Assembly (NCBI GenBank): GCA_964576615.1
Contig: CAZNUU010000001.1
Location: 31,309-95,308, forward strand
Direction of reading: 5' to 3'
Source of the DNA: an uncultured Candidatus Saccharibacteria bacterium
GTDB taxonomy: Bacteria > Patescibacteriota > Minisyncoccia > Phycocordibacterales > DATDWN01
Length of the DNA: 64,000 bases
Shown: positions 17,756-28,467 of the stretch, in pieces
Layout: the number at the start of each line of letters is the position of its first letter
Position numbering within the stretch: position 1 is the stretch's first letter
The notes under the pieces: model-generated
Seen by the model: the letters and a program-made list of their open reading frames with translations, nothing else
Told to the model about the DNA's origin: nothing
Database searches by the model: none
Position numbers and translations under genes: made by a program

Positions 17756-19051
17756 ATGATCAAGCGAATTTATAATAAAGAAATTGGCAGTCACGTTGGA
17801 GAAGAGATCTCTGTGGTTGGTTTTGTGCAAACACTTCGGGTCCAAAGTAAGATAATATTTATCGTATCACGAGATGTATCGGGTGTGATTCAAAATGTAA
17901 TTGAGGCATCAAGTCCGGCTTTTGAAGTTGCAAGAAATTTGTCGCTTGAATCAGTTGTTAGAATTACCGGAACAGTCAAGGAATCGAAGCAGGCTCCCGG
18001 TGGTGCGGAAGTGAATGTTTCCAGTATCGAGGTTTTATCAGTTGCAGCACCAGAATTACCGATTCCGGTTGTGATAAAGGGCGGAGATGAAGAAACCGAA
18101 GCGCCCACCAGATTCGATTTTCGTTGGATTGACCTACGTAAACCAGAAAAGACGAAAATATTTGAAGTTTGGACAGAGCTGGAAAAAGGCTTCAGGAAAT
18201 ACTGGAATGAAAATAATTTTATTCAGCTTTATTCACCTAATTTTTTACAGACTCAGTCAGAGTCTGGCGCTGAAGTTTTTACAGTGAATTACTTTGATCG
18301 CAAGGCTTATCTTCCCCAATCACCCCAATTCTACAAACAAATGGGTATGGCATCAGGTTTCGAGAGAGTTTTTATGGTTGGGCCGGTCTTCAGAGCTGAG
18401 CCATCATTTACGACTCGTCATTTAACGGAGTTTACCGGCTGGGACTTTGAAATCTCGTACATTGAAAGTCATAATGATGTTATGGATGAGGAAGAGGGAA
18501 TGATAGTCGAGGGGTTTAAGGCGGTTCTAGAGAAATTTCCAGATATAGGCATAACTGTGCCAGAGAGACCCTTCCCGAGAATTACGATGGTTGAGACAAA
18601 AAAAATTCTTGCTGAAAAAGGTATACCTAGTGGGGAAAATTATGATCTTTCACCAGAGGAAGAAAGAGCAATTAGTGAATATGTGAAAGAAAAGTATAAT
18701 CACGAGTTTGTTTTTATTACCGAGTATCACAAATCCAAAAGTGCGTTTTATCACATGAGGCTTAAGGAGGGAAGTGACCACTCACGACGTGCTGATCTAC
18801 TGTATCGTGGGCTTGAAGTCACCACCTTGGCCCAGCGCGAACATAGGCCGGATATTTTAGTTAAGCAATTAGAAGAGAAGGGAATGTCCCGTGAAGCCCA
18901 CAAGGATTTTATCAATTTCTTCAGTTATGGATGTCCTCCACACGGTGGTGCAGGTATCGGACCAGGAAGGTTTATTATGAAAATCTTGGATTTACCAAAC
19001 GTGAGAGAAGCTACATACCTACCTCGTGATGTTAAGAGATTGAATCCGTAA
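17756..19051 (+). CDS. Class IIb aspartyl/asparaginyl-tRNA synthetase (AspRS/AsnRS family; archaeal-type short form)
   Basis: N-terminal OB anticodon-binding fold. Motif 2 FRAEPSFTTRHLTEFTGWDFE. Motif 3 GCPPHGGAGIGPGRFIM. C-terminal LPRDVKRLNP. The track ORF starts at 17726 inside the terminator T-tract, so the ATG at 17756 is preferred. Confidence 0.75.
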   Translation: MIKRIYNKEIGSHVGEEISVVGFVQTLRVQSKIIFIVSRDVSGVIQNVIEASSPAFEVARNLSLESVVRITGTVKESKQAPGGAEVNVSSIEVLSVAAPELPIPVVIKGGDEETEAPTRFDFRWIDLRKPEKTKIFEVWTELEKGFRKYWNENNFIQLYSPNFLQTQSESGAEVFTVNYFDRKAYLPQSPQFYKQMGMASGFERVFMVGPVFRAEPSFTTRHLTEFTGWDFEISYIESHNDVMDEEEGMIVEGFKAVLEKFPDIGITVPERPFPRITMVETKKILAEKGIPSGENYDLSPEEERAISEYVKEKYNHEFVFITEYHKSKSAFYHMRLKEGSDHSRRADLLYRGLEVTTLAQREHRPDILVKQLEEKGMSREAHKDFINFFSYGCPPHGGAGIGPGRFIMKILDLPNVREATYLPRDVKRLNP

Positions 19052-19288
19052 AATATTTCGCAATGTATTTTTAAAAGCAATCTATCTAGGCCTGCTGGCC
19101 TAGCGAACTTCTCGTCGCTCAAGAAAATAATGCGCAAATGAGACTTAGCTTCTCGGCAAACTCGCTCCTGCCTGCGCAGGCAGGTCGCTCAAACAGTGCC
19201 TTCAGCTTTCTCATTTGCTGTTATTTTCTAAGCTCCTGCGAAAGGCTTTTAAAAATACATTACTCATTGCGATTGGCGCAAAACGAAA

Positions 19289-19318
19289 GACCGCATGTGG
19301 AGGCTATCACATGCGGTC
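19289..19318 (-). terminator. Bidirectional hairpin terminator downstream of the 19323..19700 gene
   Basis: Perfect 11-bp inverted repeat gaccgcatgtg/cacatgcggtc with T-rich flanks on both strands. Confidence 0.55.
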
Positions 19319-19322
19319 TCAA

Positions 19323-19700
19323 TTATTTCTTGTACCAGTCTGGCCAAGCATTCTCCGGTGGAACCCCTTTTCTGAAGTTTACCTTTGCCTGGTCAAACGC
19401 CAGCTTGGTCTTGTGGTCCAGCCGTGTTCCCAATGGGATGCCCAGGATCTCCCGTAAGGCCACGTCAATGTGGTGCCAACCCTTTTTCCAAATGTTTTTG
19501 CTCTCCAGAAAAAGGGGGTTTTGGACCTGGACCAAGTCACCCAGGAAAGGGTAAGCCTCGTACTTGTCGCTCGGCAAATGCTTCTGAGGGGCCTTCTTGT
19601 CGTTCTTGAGTCGTCTCACCCAAAGAAGGCTTCTGCCGTAGAAGAAAACGTTCTTGGTACTCAGAAGCATTGCTCTCATCTGGTATTCGGTCAGCCTCAT
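19323..19700 (-). CDS. Hypothetical protein, 125 aa (GC-rich cassette)
   Basis: GC-rich. GGAGG 6 nt upstream of the ATG (rc: aaaGGAGGtaccaATG). Followed by its own terminator. No recognisable motif. Confidence 0.4.
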   Translation of the reverse strand: MRLTEYQMRAMLLSTKNVFFYGRSLLWVRRLKNDKKAPQKHLPSDKYEAYPFLGDLVQVQNPLFLESKNIWKKGWHHIDVALREILGIPLGTRLDHKTKLAFDQAKVNFRKGVPPENAWPDWYKK

Positions 19701-19794
19701 TGGTACCTCCTTTCGTTATTTAATCATAAAAATTTGTTCAAGTCAATTATCAAGAATTCTTTCAAATTAAGGCTTTTTTGATAAAATTAAGGAA

Positions 19795-20526
19795 ATGGAA
19801 AGCTCTTATAATGTAAAAACACACGTCTTTGAGGGACCGTTAGAGACCCTCCTATCCCTCATCGAGAAAAGAAAACTTTTTATAAATGACATTTCTCTTG
19901 CCCAGGTAGCCGATGACTACATTGCTTATGTGAAGTCACTCTCAGATTTTCCTATTGCCGACTCTGCTCATTTTGTACTTATTGCTTCTACACTTGTACT
20001 AATAAAGTCCAAATCTCTTTTACCATCGCTAACTCTTACTGAGGAGGAACAACATAGTATCGAGGATTTAGAGGCAAGGCTTAAAGAATATCAGAAATAT
20101 AAGGAGTTAAGTAAACATTTACGCGAAAGATTTGGTATTCAGGTTGAGTATTTGCGACAGCCTAGCAAAGACCAAATTGTCGTCTTTACCCCAGATAAAA
20201 ATATTTCAGTTGCAAGAATAGAAGAAACAATTAGGTCAGTTTTACTAAATATTCCTAAAAAAGAACTATTACCAAAAACAGTTGTCCAAAAAGTTATTTC
20301 GCTTGAGGAGATGATTGATGACCTCACCACGCGTATTACCTCTAGTATGAAAATGAGCTTCAAGGACTTTTCTGGTATGGGCAAGAGTGAAAAAGTGAAC
20401 GTGATTGTGAGTTTCCTCGCTATGCTCGAGCTAGTAAAACAGGGTATTATACAAGTTAAGCAAGATGAACATTTTCACGATATAGAAATGGAGACGCAGA
20501 GTGTCGGTGTACCAACTTATAATTAG
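19795..20526 (+). CDS. scpA: Segregation and condensation protein A
   Basis: N-terminal FEGPLETLLSLIEKRKLFINDISLAQVADDYIAY is the typical ScpA signature. 243 aa. Confidence 0.8.
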   Translation: MESSYNVKTHVFEGPLETLLSLIEKRKLFINDISLAQVADDYIAYVKSLSDFPIADSAHFVLIASTLVLIKSKSLLPSLTLTEEEQHSIEDLEARLKEYQKYKELSKHLRERFGIQVEYLRQPSKDQIVVFTPDKNISVARIEETIRSVLLNIPKKELLPKTVVQKVISLEEMIDDLTTRITSSMKMSFKDFSGMGKSEKVNVIVSFLAMLELVKQGIIQVKQDEHFHDIEMETQSVGVPTYN

Positions 20527-20656
20527 AATGAAATTTTATTTTTCATCATATTTCTCTGAGAGCACGGATAAATTTTTGCTAAAATTTTCCTCGTGCTCGC
20601 GCCGTCGCGCTCCCAAGGCTCTCTTCGAAATACGATTCAACAAAAATTTCAATTAG

Positions 20657-21241
20657 ATGACACAAGATCTTTCTCGAAAAATTGAGGCGGCACTTTTTTA
20701 TCTTGGAGAGCCAGTTTCTATTAATTTTTTATCAAAGACTTTGGAAGTTTCGAAGAAAGAGCTTGAAAAAGCTTTAGATGAATTAAAGACTAACTTAGCG
20801 GAGAGGGGATTAAGGTTGGTAACACATGAGGATGAGGTCAGCTTGGTTACAGCCCCAGAACTTTCGAGTTTGGTTGAAAAAATTATAAAAGATGAGAGGG
20901 AAAGGGATTTGGGACGAGCAGGAATTGAGACTCTATCCATAATTGCCTACAAAGGGCCAGTTAGTAAGAAAGAGATTGAATATATAAGAGGAGTGAATTC
21001 ACAATATGCCTTGCGAAATCTACTTTTGCGAGGGCTTGTGGAAAGAAAGACAAGTAAAGATGACGAGCGTGTGGTAGTCTATAATATTACTGGTGATACA
21101 TTAAGATTTCTGGGGTTGAGTAAGGTTTCTGATTTACCAGAGTATGGTGATATGAAGAAACAACTAATAGCCCCGACGCCCGAAGAGGTCGGGGGGCCGA
21201 CTGAAAACGTCGGCCAAGAAACAGAAAATCATGGAGAGTGA
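20657..21241 (+). CDS. scpB: Segregation and condensation protein B
   Basis: IEAALFYLGEPVSINFLSKTL...ELKTNLAERGLRLV and a second winged helix (LSIIAYKGPVSKKEIEYIRGV). 194 aa. Confidence 0.8.
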   Translation: MTQDLSRKIEAALFYLGEPVSINFLSKTLEVSKKELEKALDELKTNLAERGLRLVTHEDEVSLVTAPELSSLVEKIIKDERERDLGRAGIETLSIIAYKGPVSKKEIEYIRGVNSQYALRNLLLRGLVERKTSKDDERVVVYNITGDTLRFLGLSKVSDLPEYGDMKKQLIAPTPEEVGGPTENVGQETENHGE

Positions 21242-22184
21242 AGAAAACATGCCTGCGCATGCAGGAATCGGCACTGGTTTACTGGCCTTTAATGCTTTTT
21301 TGGTTTTGGGAGTAGTGGGGATGGCCTTTCTTATTTATGGTGTCCTACATGAACCGAAAAGAAACGAGGTAGCGCAAACGCGCGAAACAGTTTCGCATGT
21401 ATTTGATGATGTAAATGTTATAGCCAAGGCGGCATATGTATTTGACCTAAGTACCAACGAGGTACTTTATAAAAAAAATGAACAAGCTCAATTGCCCCTA
21501 GCTTCCATCACCAAACTAATGATGGCCTTAACTGCAATGGACTTGGCTAAAAAAGATTCTAGAATCACGATAAAAAAAGAATTTATGCAAGAGGATGGGG
21601 ATAATGGACTTTTGGTTGATGAGTCATGGAAATTAAAAGACCTTCTAGACTTTTCCTTGGTCGTCTCGTCCAATGATGGGGCCAGATCTGTAGCTTCCGT
21701 TATTGGAGCCTTGGATCTCAAGTCCAATGATTACAATTTAGGTAGAAAGGAGTTTGTGACTAGAATGAATATTTTGGCAAAAAAAATTGGTTTAAAGCAA
21801 ACATATTTTGTAAACGAGGACGGGTTAGATGAGGGTAGTGTTAGTGGCGGGTATGGTTCTGCTCAAGATGTGGCGAAACTCCTTGGTTATATTTTGAAGA
21901 ATAATCCTGATTTAGTGGAAGCAACAAAATATCCGACTCTCACAATCAATTCTGGTAATAAATCTCACACTGTTAAAAATACCAACTCAGATGTAGTGGA
22001 GATCCCTGGTTTACTTGCCTCAAAGACAGGATACACCTCGATGGCTGGAGGAAATCTAGCTGTAGCTTTTGACTCGTCCATCGGCCGGCCGATAGTTGTG
22101 GTTGTTTTGGGCTCGACTCAGGAAGGCAGGTTCAGTGATGTGAGTGCGCTTGTAAATGCAAGTCTGAATTATATTAGGGAATAA
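21231..22184 (+). CDS. D-alanyl-D-alanine carboxypeptidase (serine-type, PBP5/6-like)
   Basis: SxxK (ASITKLMMAL), SxN (VVSSNDGAR) and KTG (ASKTGYTSMAGGN) motifs. N-terminal TM anchor. Confidence 0.7.
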   Translation: MESEENMPAHAGIGTGLLAFNAFLVLGVVGMAFLIYGVLHEPKRNEVAQTRETVSHVFDDVNVIAKAAYVFDLSTNEVLYKKNEQAQLPLASITKLMMALTAMDLAKKDSRITIKKEFMQEDGDNGLLVDESWKLKDLLDFSLVVSSNDGARSVASVIGALDLKSNDYNLGRKEFVTRMNILAKKIGLKQTYFVNEDGLDEGSVSGGYGSAQDVAKLLGYILKNNPDLVEATKYPTLTINSGNKSHTVKNTNSDVVEIPGLLASKTGYTSMAGGNLAVAFDSSIGRPIVVVVLGSTQEGRFSDVSALVNASLNYIRE

Positions 22185-22185
22185 G

Positions 22186-23298
22186 ATGAAATCGAAAGAC
22201 ATCATAAAGAAAATCTTAGATCGTGCGGATATTAGGATAAATGGTGATAGAGATTACGATATACAGGTATTTGATGAAAGACTTTGGGATCGAGTACTAA
22301 CAAAAGGGAGTTTGGGCCTGGGAGAAGCATATATGGATAAGTGGTGGGAGTGTGAAAGATTGGACGAATTTATTTATAGAATACTAAGGTTTAGCGACAA
22401 AGATGCTGTAGATAAAAACTTGTCGACGTTATTTCATTTACTAAAAGGCAGGATTTTTAATTTACAAAACAAAAGAAGATCAAGAGAGGTTATAGACGAG
22501 CACTACGACCTAGGTAATGATTTGTATATGTCTTTCCTTGACCCATATAATCAGTATACCTGTGGATATTTTAAAAATACGGACGATCTGAACAAGGCCC
22601 AAGAACAAAAGCTCGACTTGATCTGCCGGAAACTGAAACTAAAGAAGACAGATAGGGTTCTGGATATTGGTTGTGGCTGGGGAGGATTTGCAAAATATGC
22701 CTCTCAACATTATGGTTGTCATGTCACAGGAATAAGTATTTCTGACGAACAAATAAAATATGCAAAAGAATTTACAAAAGGATTACCAGTAGAGATTATC
22801 AAAATGGACTATCGAGATATTTCAGGTCACTATGACAAAATTCTTATTTGTGGCATGATCGAACACGTTGGATACAAAAATTATAATAAAATATTTCAAA
22901 TTGTTAGAAAAAATATTAAAGAAGATGGATTATTCCTGCTGCACACAATTGGAAATTACATCTCAGTAAAGATCGGCGAGCCTTGGCTAGATAAGTATAT
23001 ATTTCCAAATGGAATGGTTCCGGGTCCGAGGCAGATTGCGATTGGCACAGAGGGTAAATTTGTTATGGAGGATTGGCATAACTTTGGTCAGTATTATGAT
23101 CAAACTACAATGGCCTGGTGGAAAAATTTCGATAAAGCCTGGCCCAAACTAAAAGATAAATACGGTGATAGATTTTATAGGATGTTCAGGTATTACTTAC
23201 TATCATGTGCTGGGGCATGGAGAGCTAGAGATGTTCAACTATGGCAAATTGTTTTTTCTCCAAGAGGGGTTATTGGAGGATACGAATCCGAAAGGTAG
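22186..23298 (+). CDS. Cyclopropane-fatty-acyl-phospholipid synthase family SAM methyltransferase
   Basis: VLDIGCGWGGFAKYA SAM motif and CFA-synthase-like length and layout (ILICGMIEHVG). 370 aa. Confidence 0.7.
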   Translation: MKSKDIIKKILDRADIRINGDRDYDIQVFDERLWDRVLTKGSLGLGEAYMDKWWECERLDEFIYRILRFSDKDAVDKNLSTLFHLLKGRIFNLQNKRRSREVIDEHYDLGNDLYMSFLDPYNQYTCGYFKNTDDLNKAQEQKLDLICRKLKLKKTDRVLDIGCGWGGFAKYASQHYGCHVTGISISDEQIKYAKEFTKGLPVEIIKMDYRDISGHYDKILICGMIEHVGYKNYNKIFQIVRKNIKEDGLFLLHTIGNYISVKIGEPWLDKYIFPNGMVPGPRQIAIGTEGKFVMEDWHNFGQYYDQTTMAWWKNFDKAWPKLKDKYGDRFYRMFRYYLLSCAGAWRARDVQLWQIVFSPRGVIGGYESER

Positions 23299-23325
23299 TT
23301 TGCTTGAAAACAGTTTTTAACTCGA

Positions 23326-24231
23326 ATGAATAAGGTAGTTATATATTTTGCAGGTGGCACAATGAGAGGAGTGTTCGGGGCCGGTGTAGCTGCTGCTTTT
23401 GAAAAAAATAACATCTATGAAAGAGTCGAAGCTATTTACTGCGCATCTGCCGGCGTGATGACAGCGGCATATTTTATTGCGAGGCAGACTGAATTTGGTG
23501 CCTCTATTTATTGGGAAAACTTAAATAATAGCTTTATTTCGAAAAAGGATTTTGCTATCGGGGTGTGGCAGCGTTTTCAAAGTAAATTTATTAGACATGT
23601 TCCTGACCATAGGCTGCATGATGCAGTGAATATCGACTATCTTATAGATGTCGTAAGGAATAAAAAAATACTTAAAGTTGAAAAAATTCTTTCTCAGAAT
23701 ATACCAATCAATGTAAAACTTTTTAACCTTGATTCACACAGTATTGAATATATTGATGCGCGCCGTCCAGATATCTTTGAGGTTCTAAGGGCGGGATTAA
23801 ATGTTTTTCCTTATGTTCATGAAGTTTCAGTCATTGATAACAAAAAACTTATTGATGCAGCGATAATCGACATTATCGGAGCAGAATTTTTGAGAAAAAA
23901 GCATCCGAATCAAAAAATAATTGTTGTAATGAACGGACAAGTAGACAGAAAGTTACGATACAGAATAAAAAATATCATTGAAGGAAAATTTATGAAATGG
24001 ATGTTTGATGACAATAAATTGTATGAATTGTATGCTCATGCTGAAGATAAACTACAACAGGACCTTCAAATAATTAAATCAGACCCAAATTTTGTGCTAG
24101 TAAAACCAGGTGAGGAAATACCAGTCTTATCACGGACGACAGACAAAGAACGGCTATTATACACATACAATCTTGGTCTCAAGGCTAGTCAGGAGGCTCT
24201 TAAGAAGATTTGGTTCGATACCACGATCTAA
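23326..24231 (+). CDS. Patatin-like phospholipase domain protein
   Basis: Gly-rich oxyanion motif FAGGTMRGVFGAG and GxSxG-like nucleophile YCASAGV. Confidence 0.5.
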   Translation: MNKVVIYFAGGTMRGVFGAGVAAAFEKNNIYERVEAIYCASAGVMTAAYFIARQTEFGASIYWENLNNSFISKKDFAIGVWQRFQSKFIRHVPDHRLHDAVNIDYLIDVVRNKKILKVEKILSQNIPINVKLFNLDSHSIEYIDARRPDIFEVLRAGLNVFPYVHEVSVIDNKKLIDAAIIDIIGAEFLRKKHPNQKIIVVMNGQVDRKLRYRIKNIIEGKFMKWMFDDNKLYELYAHAEDKLQQDLQIIKSDPNFVLVKPGEEIPVLSRTTDKERLLYTYNLGLKASQEALKKIWFDTTI

Positions 24232-24287
24232 GTGATAAATTAGCCATATTTTTGGACATATTTTGGCTATTTAGCTATACTCAAGCA

Positions 24288-26126
24288 ATGTGTGGTATAG
24301 CGGGCATAATTGACCCAAAACTGGCCAAAAAGGACAAGATTATAGGCAATATGGTCAAGGTAATAACTTACCGGGGGCCAGATGATGATGGCTATTTTGT
24401 CGACAAACACGTGGGTCTAGGCATGAGGAGACTCGCGATTATTGACCTCAAAACTGGTAGGCAGCCTATAACTTCTCACGACGAAAAACTCCTCATTTTT
24501 TTTAATGGCGAAATCTATAATTATCAAGATTTACGACTTGAGCTGGTAAAAAAGGGCTACGAGTTTAAGACTAACTCTGACACAGAAACTATTTTGCATT
24601 TATATGAGGAGTATGGAGAAAAAATGTTGCCAAAACTACGCGGTATGTTTACTTTTTGTATCTACGATACAGAGAAAAAAGAGATTTTTCTAGCTAGAGA
24701 TTTTTTCGGCATAAAACCACTTTATTACCTTACAGAGGGGGAGAGAATAACGGCTTTTTCATCCGAAATAAAAAGTTTTCTAACTATTCCAGGGTTTAAG
24801 TCAGAGATAAATGATTCAGCGATTTATAATTATCTCTCATTTCAATACAATCCACTCACCGAGACTTTCTGGAAAGGTGTTTATAAATTACCACCCGCAC
24901 ATTTTATAAAAATTGATCTGGTTACCAATAAAACAGAAATAAAAAAATATTGGGAGTTCAAATTTGATCCAGAAAATAATTTAGATAGAGAAAAAACAAC
25001 AGAAGAAATATACAGCAGAGTAGAAGACTCCGTGGCACATCACATGATCGCGGACGTTCCGGTCGGGGCTTTCCTTTCGGGCGGAGTCGATTCCAGTGTT
25101 ATCACGACATTAATGCAGAAGGTTCGCGGCGATAAGAAGGTGAAGACATTTACTGTCGGTTTCGATTCCTTAACTGAAGGCAGAGAGTCAAAAGAGACAT
25201 CTGATTTTCTAGAGACAGATCACAAAGAAATAACAGTTACTAAAGACGAGTATTTTGCAGCTCTGGAAGATGCCGTCTACCACTTCGACGAACCAGTTGC
25301 AGATCCCTCAGCAATCGGAATTTATTTTCTAGCGCGTGAGGCCAAAAAGCACGTAAAAGTTGTCCTTTCGGGCGAAGGTTCTGATGAGTTATTTGGTGGA
25401 TACAATATTTATCTTGCCCCATATTCGAGCGGCAAGCTTGCTTGGCTACCAAAGTTCTTAACCAAACTTGTTTTATCCTTGCCTTTTGAATTTACTGGGA
25501 AAAACTACCTAAAAAGAGTTCACCTGAAATTGGAAGACTGGTATTTTGGCCAGAAATATTTTAATCAATCTATATTTGATAGATCAGAAATTGAAAAAAT
25601 GTGGAAGGGGCAAGGACAGAAATTTATGTCGTTAAAATCATTGTATAAGCCAACAGAAGAATTATCTGATTCCACAAAGATGCAATATGCAGATATAAAT
25701 ACCTGGTTGGTCGGCGATATTTTGGCCAAAGCAGATAAGATGACCATGGCTCATTCTCTAGAACTTCGAGTGCCTTTTTTAGACAAAGAAGTGGCTAAAA
25801 TAGCAGCAATTTTGCCGGATAAGTTCAAATGGGAGAGGGAAGTGACAAAATACATATTTCGAGAGGCATTTAGGAATATTATTCCCGAATCAACCAGGAA
25901 TCGAAAAAAACTTGGATTTCCGACACCAATAAGATCATGGCTTAATCAAGATAGTACACAGGTGTATAACACGATCTTAGAGAATACATACATAAAAGAA
26001 AATTTAAATGTTAACTATATTCAGAAATTAATCGACAACCATGTCTCAAAAAAAGAGGATAATTCCAGGAAAATATATACGCTCCTCATGCTTGCTTTGT
26101 GGTACAATGTTTTTATAGAAAAATGA
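24288..26126 (+). CDS. asnB: Asparagine synthetase (glutamine-hydrolysing)
   Basis: N-terminal nucleophile MCGIAGI (start taken at this Met). PP-loop FLSGGVDSS. About 613 aa. Confidence 0.8.
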   Translation: MCGIAGIIDPKLAKKDKIIGNMVKVITYRGPDDDGYFVDKHVGLGMRRLAIIDLKTGRQPITSHDEKLLIFFNGEIYNYQDLRLELVKKGYEFKTNSDTETILHLYEEYGEKMLPKLRGMFTFCIYDTEKKEIFLARDFFGIKPLYYLTEGERITAFSSEIKSFLTIPGFKSEINDSAIYNYLSFQYNPLTETFWKGVYKLPPAHFIKIDLVTNKTEIKKYWEFKFDPENNLDREKTTEEIYSRVEDSVAHHMIADVPVGAFLSGGVDSSVITTLMQKVRGDKKVKTFTVGFDSLTEGRESKETSDFLETDHKEITVTKDEYFAALEDAVYHFDEPVADPSAIGIYFLAREAKKHVKVVLSGEGSDELFGGYNIYLAPYSSGKLAWLPKFLTKLVLSLPFEFTGKNYLKRVHLKLEDWYFGQKYFNQSIFDRSEIEKMWKGQGQKFMSLKSLYKPTEELSDSTKMQYADINTWLVGDILAKADKMTMAHSLELRVPFLDKEVAKIAAILPDKFKWEREVTKYIFREAFRNIIPESTRNRKKLGFPTPIRSWLNQDSTQVYNTILENTYIKENLNVNYIQKLIDNHVSKKEDNSRKIYTLLMLALWYNVFIEK

Positions 26127-26303
26127 GATGAAATTTCTTTCTCACCGAGTCATATTTAGAGACGTTTGCCTTTCCAGCGAAAGGCTCACTCTAGTCCTCG
26201 GTCGCAATATGTCAATGAGCCAAAGCATTGCCTTGGACTTTGACAAAACCATGCTAGAGGCCTGCGGATGCTCTAAAAATGACTCGGTTCAACGAAATTA
26301 CTT

Positions 26304-27362
26304 ATGAACTTCGATGTGATAAAAGTGATTGTTCCGTCTGTTTTGACATTTCTATTTGGTATTGCAATTACTCCTTTTTTCTCTGATCTTTTTTATAAAT
26401 ATAAAATGTGGAAGAAGACTCCGCGCACTGAAGCCGGGGACATAACCAATACCCACTTTGAAAATATTCACAACACCGCTTCAGAGATTTCTACCCCTCG
26501 CATCGGCGGCGTAATAATTTGGGTCTCAGTTTTAATCACTGTTTTTGTCATTTACATACTTTCCCTTATTCTTCCTAATGAGCTTACTCTCAAACTCAAT
26601 TTTTTTAGCCGAAGCCAGACGTTTGTACCCTTAGGGACATTGATTTTAGCCAGCGTAATAGGCCTTTTAGATGACTTCATTCAGATCTTTGGGAAGGGTG
26701 GCTATGCTAGGGATCCTCTAGTATACAGAAAAATAAAAGTGCTCTGTGTCCTCATCATCGGCCTTGCTATTGGTTACTGGTTTTACGATAAACTCCAAGC
26801 TACATCAATTCATATTCCGTTCGACGGTGAACTTGATCTTGGCTTCTGGTTCATACCTTTTTTTATCTTGGTGATGTTAGGAGTTTTTTCTTCAAGTGTG
26901 ATTGATGGAATGGATGGACTATCTGGCGGTGTTTTGGGTGTGATCTTTAGTGCGTATGCGGTTATTGCTTTTGTCCACAATCAATTTGATATTGCCGCTC
27001 TTTGTGCCGTTATCGTTGGAGGGATATTGGCATTTTTATGGTTCAATATCCCTCCCGCGAGATTTTATATGGGTGAAACAGGAATCATGGGATTAACCAT
27101 CACACTATCTGTAATAGCTTTTTTAACCAATTCTGTTTTAGTTTTGCCGATAATTGCTATACCACTCGTGGCTACTTCACTGTCCGTTATCCTTCAGACA
27201 ACTAGTTACAAATATTTCGGTGGGCGCAGAGTCTTTAGAGTTGCGCCACTGCATCATCATTTTGAAGCTTTAGGCTGGCCGAGAGAAAAAGTTGTGATGC
27301 GGTATTGGATAATTAGCGTGATGTTTGCTGTAACAGGGGTAATTTTTGCATTAGTCAGTTAA
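26304..27362 (+). CDS. mraY: Phospho-N-acetylmuramoyl-pentapeptide transferase
   Basis: Ten-TM layout. VIDGMDGLSGG and APLHHHFE motifs. Confidence 0.8.
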   Translation: MNFDVIKVIVPSVLTFLFGIAITPFFSDLFYKYKMWKKTPRTEAGDITNTHFENIHNTASEISTPRIGGVIIWVSVLITVFVIYILSLILPNELTLKLNFFSRSQTFVPLGTLILASVIGLLDDFIQIFGKGGYARDPLVYRKIKVLCVLIIGLAIGYWFYDKLQATSIHIPFDGELDLGFWFIPFFILVMLGVFSSSVIDGMDGLSGGVLGVIFSAYAVIAFVHNQFDIAALCAVIVGGILAFLWFNIPPARFYMGETGIMGLTITLSVIAFLTNSVLVLPIIAIPLVATSLSVILQTTSYKYFGGRRVFRVAPLHHHFEALGWPREKVVMRYWIISVMFAVTGVIFALVS

Positions 27363-27366
27363 TCTA

Positions 27367-28467
27367 ATGAAGAAAACCAGAATTGATTTACCATTTTTAA
27401 TTTCGGTTTGCATTCTGACTGTCGCAGGTTATCTTATCTTTGCCTCTGCTTCCTTGGGGCTTTTATCCAAGCAAGCTGTTAAGTATTCCAATGTAGCATT
27501 TAACCAGACTTTTTTTGGACTTTTTTTGGGATCTATTTTTTGCATATTTACATCTCATTTGGATTATAAAATATATAGAAAGTATGCATTTCTTATTTTG
27601 GGCGGTTCAATATTTGTGACACTGTTGGTCTTTGCACCGAAAATCGGAGTTGCTCATGGTGGCGCGCATCGTTGGATCAATATACTAGGGATATCTTTTC
27701 AGCCCTCGGAACTACTTAAGGTTTCATATGTGATTTTTTTCTCAGCCTGGATTGCAAAAATGAAAGATAGAGCTGGGACATTTCGTTATGGGTTTTTACC
27801 CTTTCTTATATTAACCGCAGTAGTTGGCGCAATACTCTTGAAGCAACCTGATACAGATACTTTTTTGATCACTGTTTTTTCTGGTCTAGCTATTTTTATA
27901 ACAGGGGGAGGGAAGTGGCGGTACATTTTTATTTCAGTGATTGTGGCAGTTTTAGGAATTTGGATACTTGCCATGGCAAGGCCGTATATTATGAGTAGAA
28001 TTGACACCTTCGTTCATCCAGACCAAAACGCTCTCGGTAGTGGATATCAAATCCAGCAATCCCTAATTGCTATCGGTAGTGGAGGAATGTTTGGACGGGG
28101 ATTTGGTCAAAGTATTCAGAAATTTAATGTTTTGCCGGAGCCGATAGGGGATTCCATTTTTGCGGTTGAAGGTGAGGAATTTGGATTTGTAGGTACAGTT
28201 GCACTTATTCTTCTCTTTATTTTTTTTAGCTTTCGCGGGCTTAAAATTGCCGATAAGGTACCAGATAATTTTGGTAGACTCCTGACTTTAGGAATTGTTA
28301 TAATGATTGTGTCGCAGGCTTTTGTAAATATTGGAGCCATGGTGGGGGTTTTGCCATTATCCGGCATAACCTTGCCATTTGTAAGCCAGGGCGGCACGGC
28401 TTTGTTTATGACCCTAGGTGAGGTGGGTATAGTCATGAATATTTCCAAAAGCAGGAAAAATAAATAA
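27367..28467 (+). CDS. ftsW: SEDS-family peptidoglycan glycosyltransferase (FtsW/RodA)
   Basis: Polytopic membrane protein. GSGGMFGRGFGQSIQK and PLSGITLPFVSQGGT motifs. Sits between mraY and murG. Confidence 0.8.
   Translation: MKKTRIDLPFLISVCILTVAGYLIFASASLGLLSKQAVKYSNVAFNQTFFGLFLGSIFCIFTSHLDYKIYRKYAFLILGGSIFVTLLVFAPKIGVAHGGAHRWINILGISFQPSELLKVSYVIFFSAWIAKMKDRAGTFRYGFLPFLILTAVVGAILLKQPDTDTFLITVFSGLAIFITGGGKWRYIFISVIVAVLGIWILAMARPYIMSRIDTFVHPDQNALGSGYQIQQSLIAIGSGGMFGRGFGQSIQKFNVLPEPIGDSIFAVEGEEFGFVGTVALILLFIFFSFRGLKIADKVPDNFGRLLTLGIVIMIVSQAFVNIGAMVGVLPLSGITLPFVSQGGTALFMTLGEVGIVMNISKSRKNK

Noticed and set aside
19138-19781. Several overlapping plus-strand ORFs (19138..19554, 19385..19609, 19470..19781) in the GC-rich spacer
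   Set aside because: They overlap each other and the better-supported minus-strand 125-aa gene, which has the SD and terminator. No start signals.
26204-26302. 32-codon ORF (MSMSQSIALDFDKTMLEACGCSKNDSVQRNYL) ending at the mraY start
   Set aside because: No SD or promoter, no motif, and it lies in a spacer with a hairpin. Retained only as a remote small-protein possibility.
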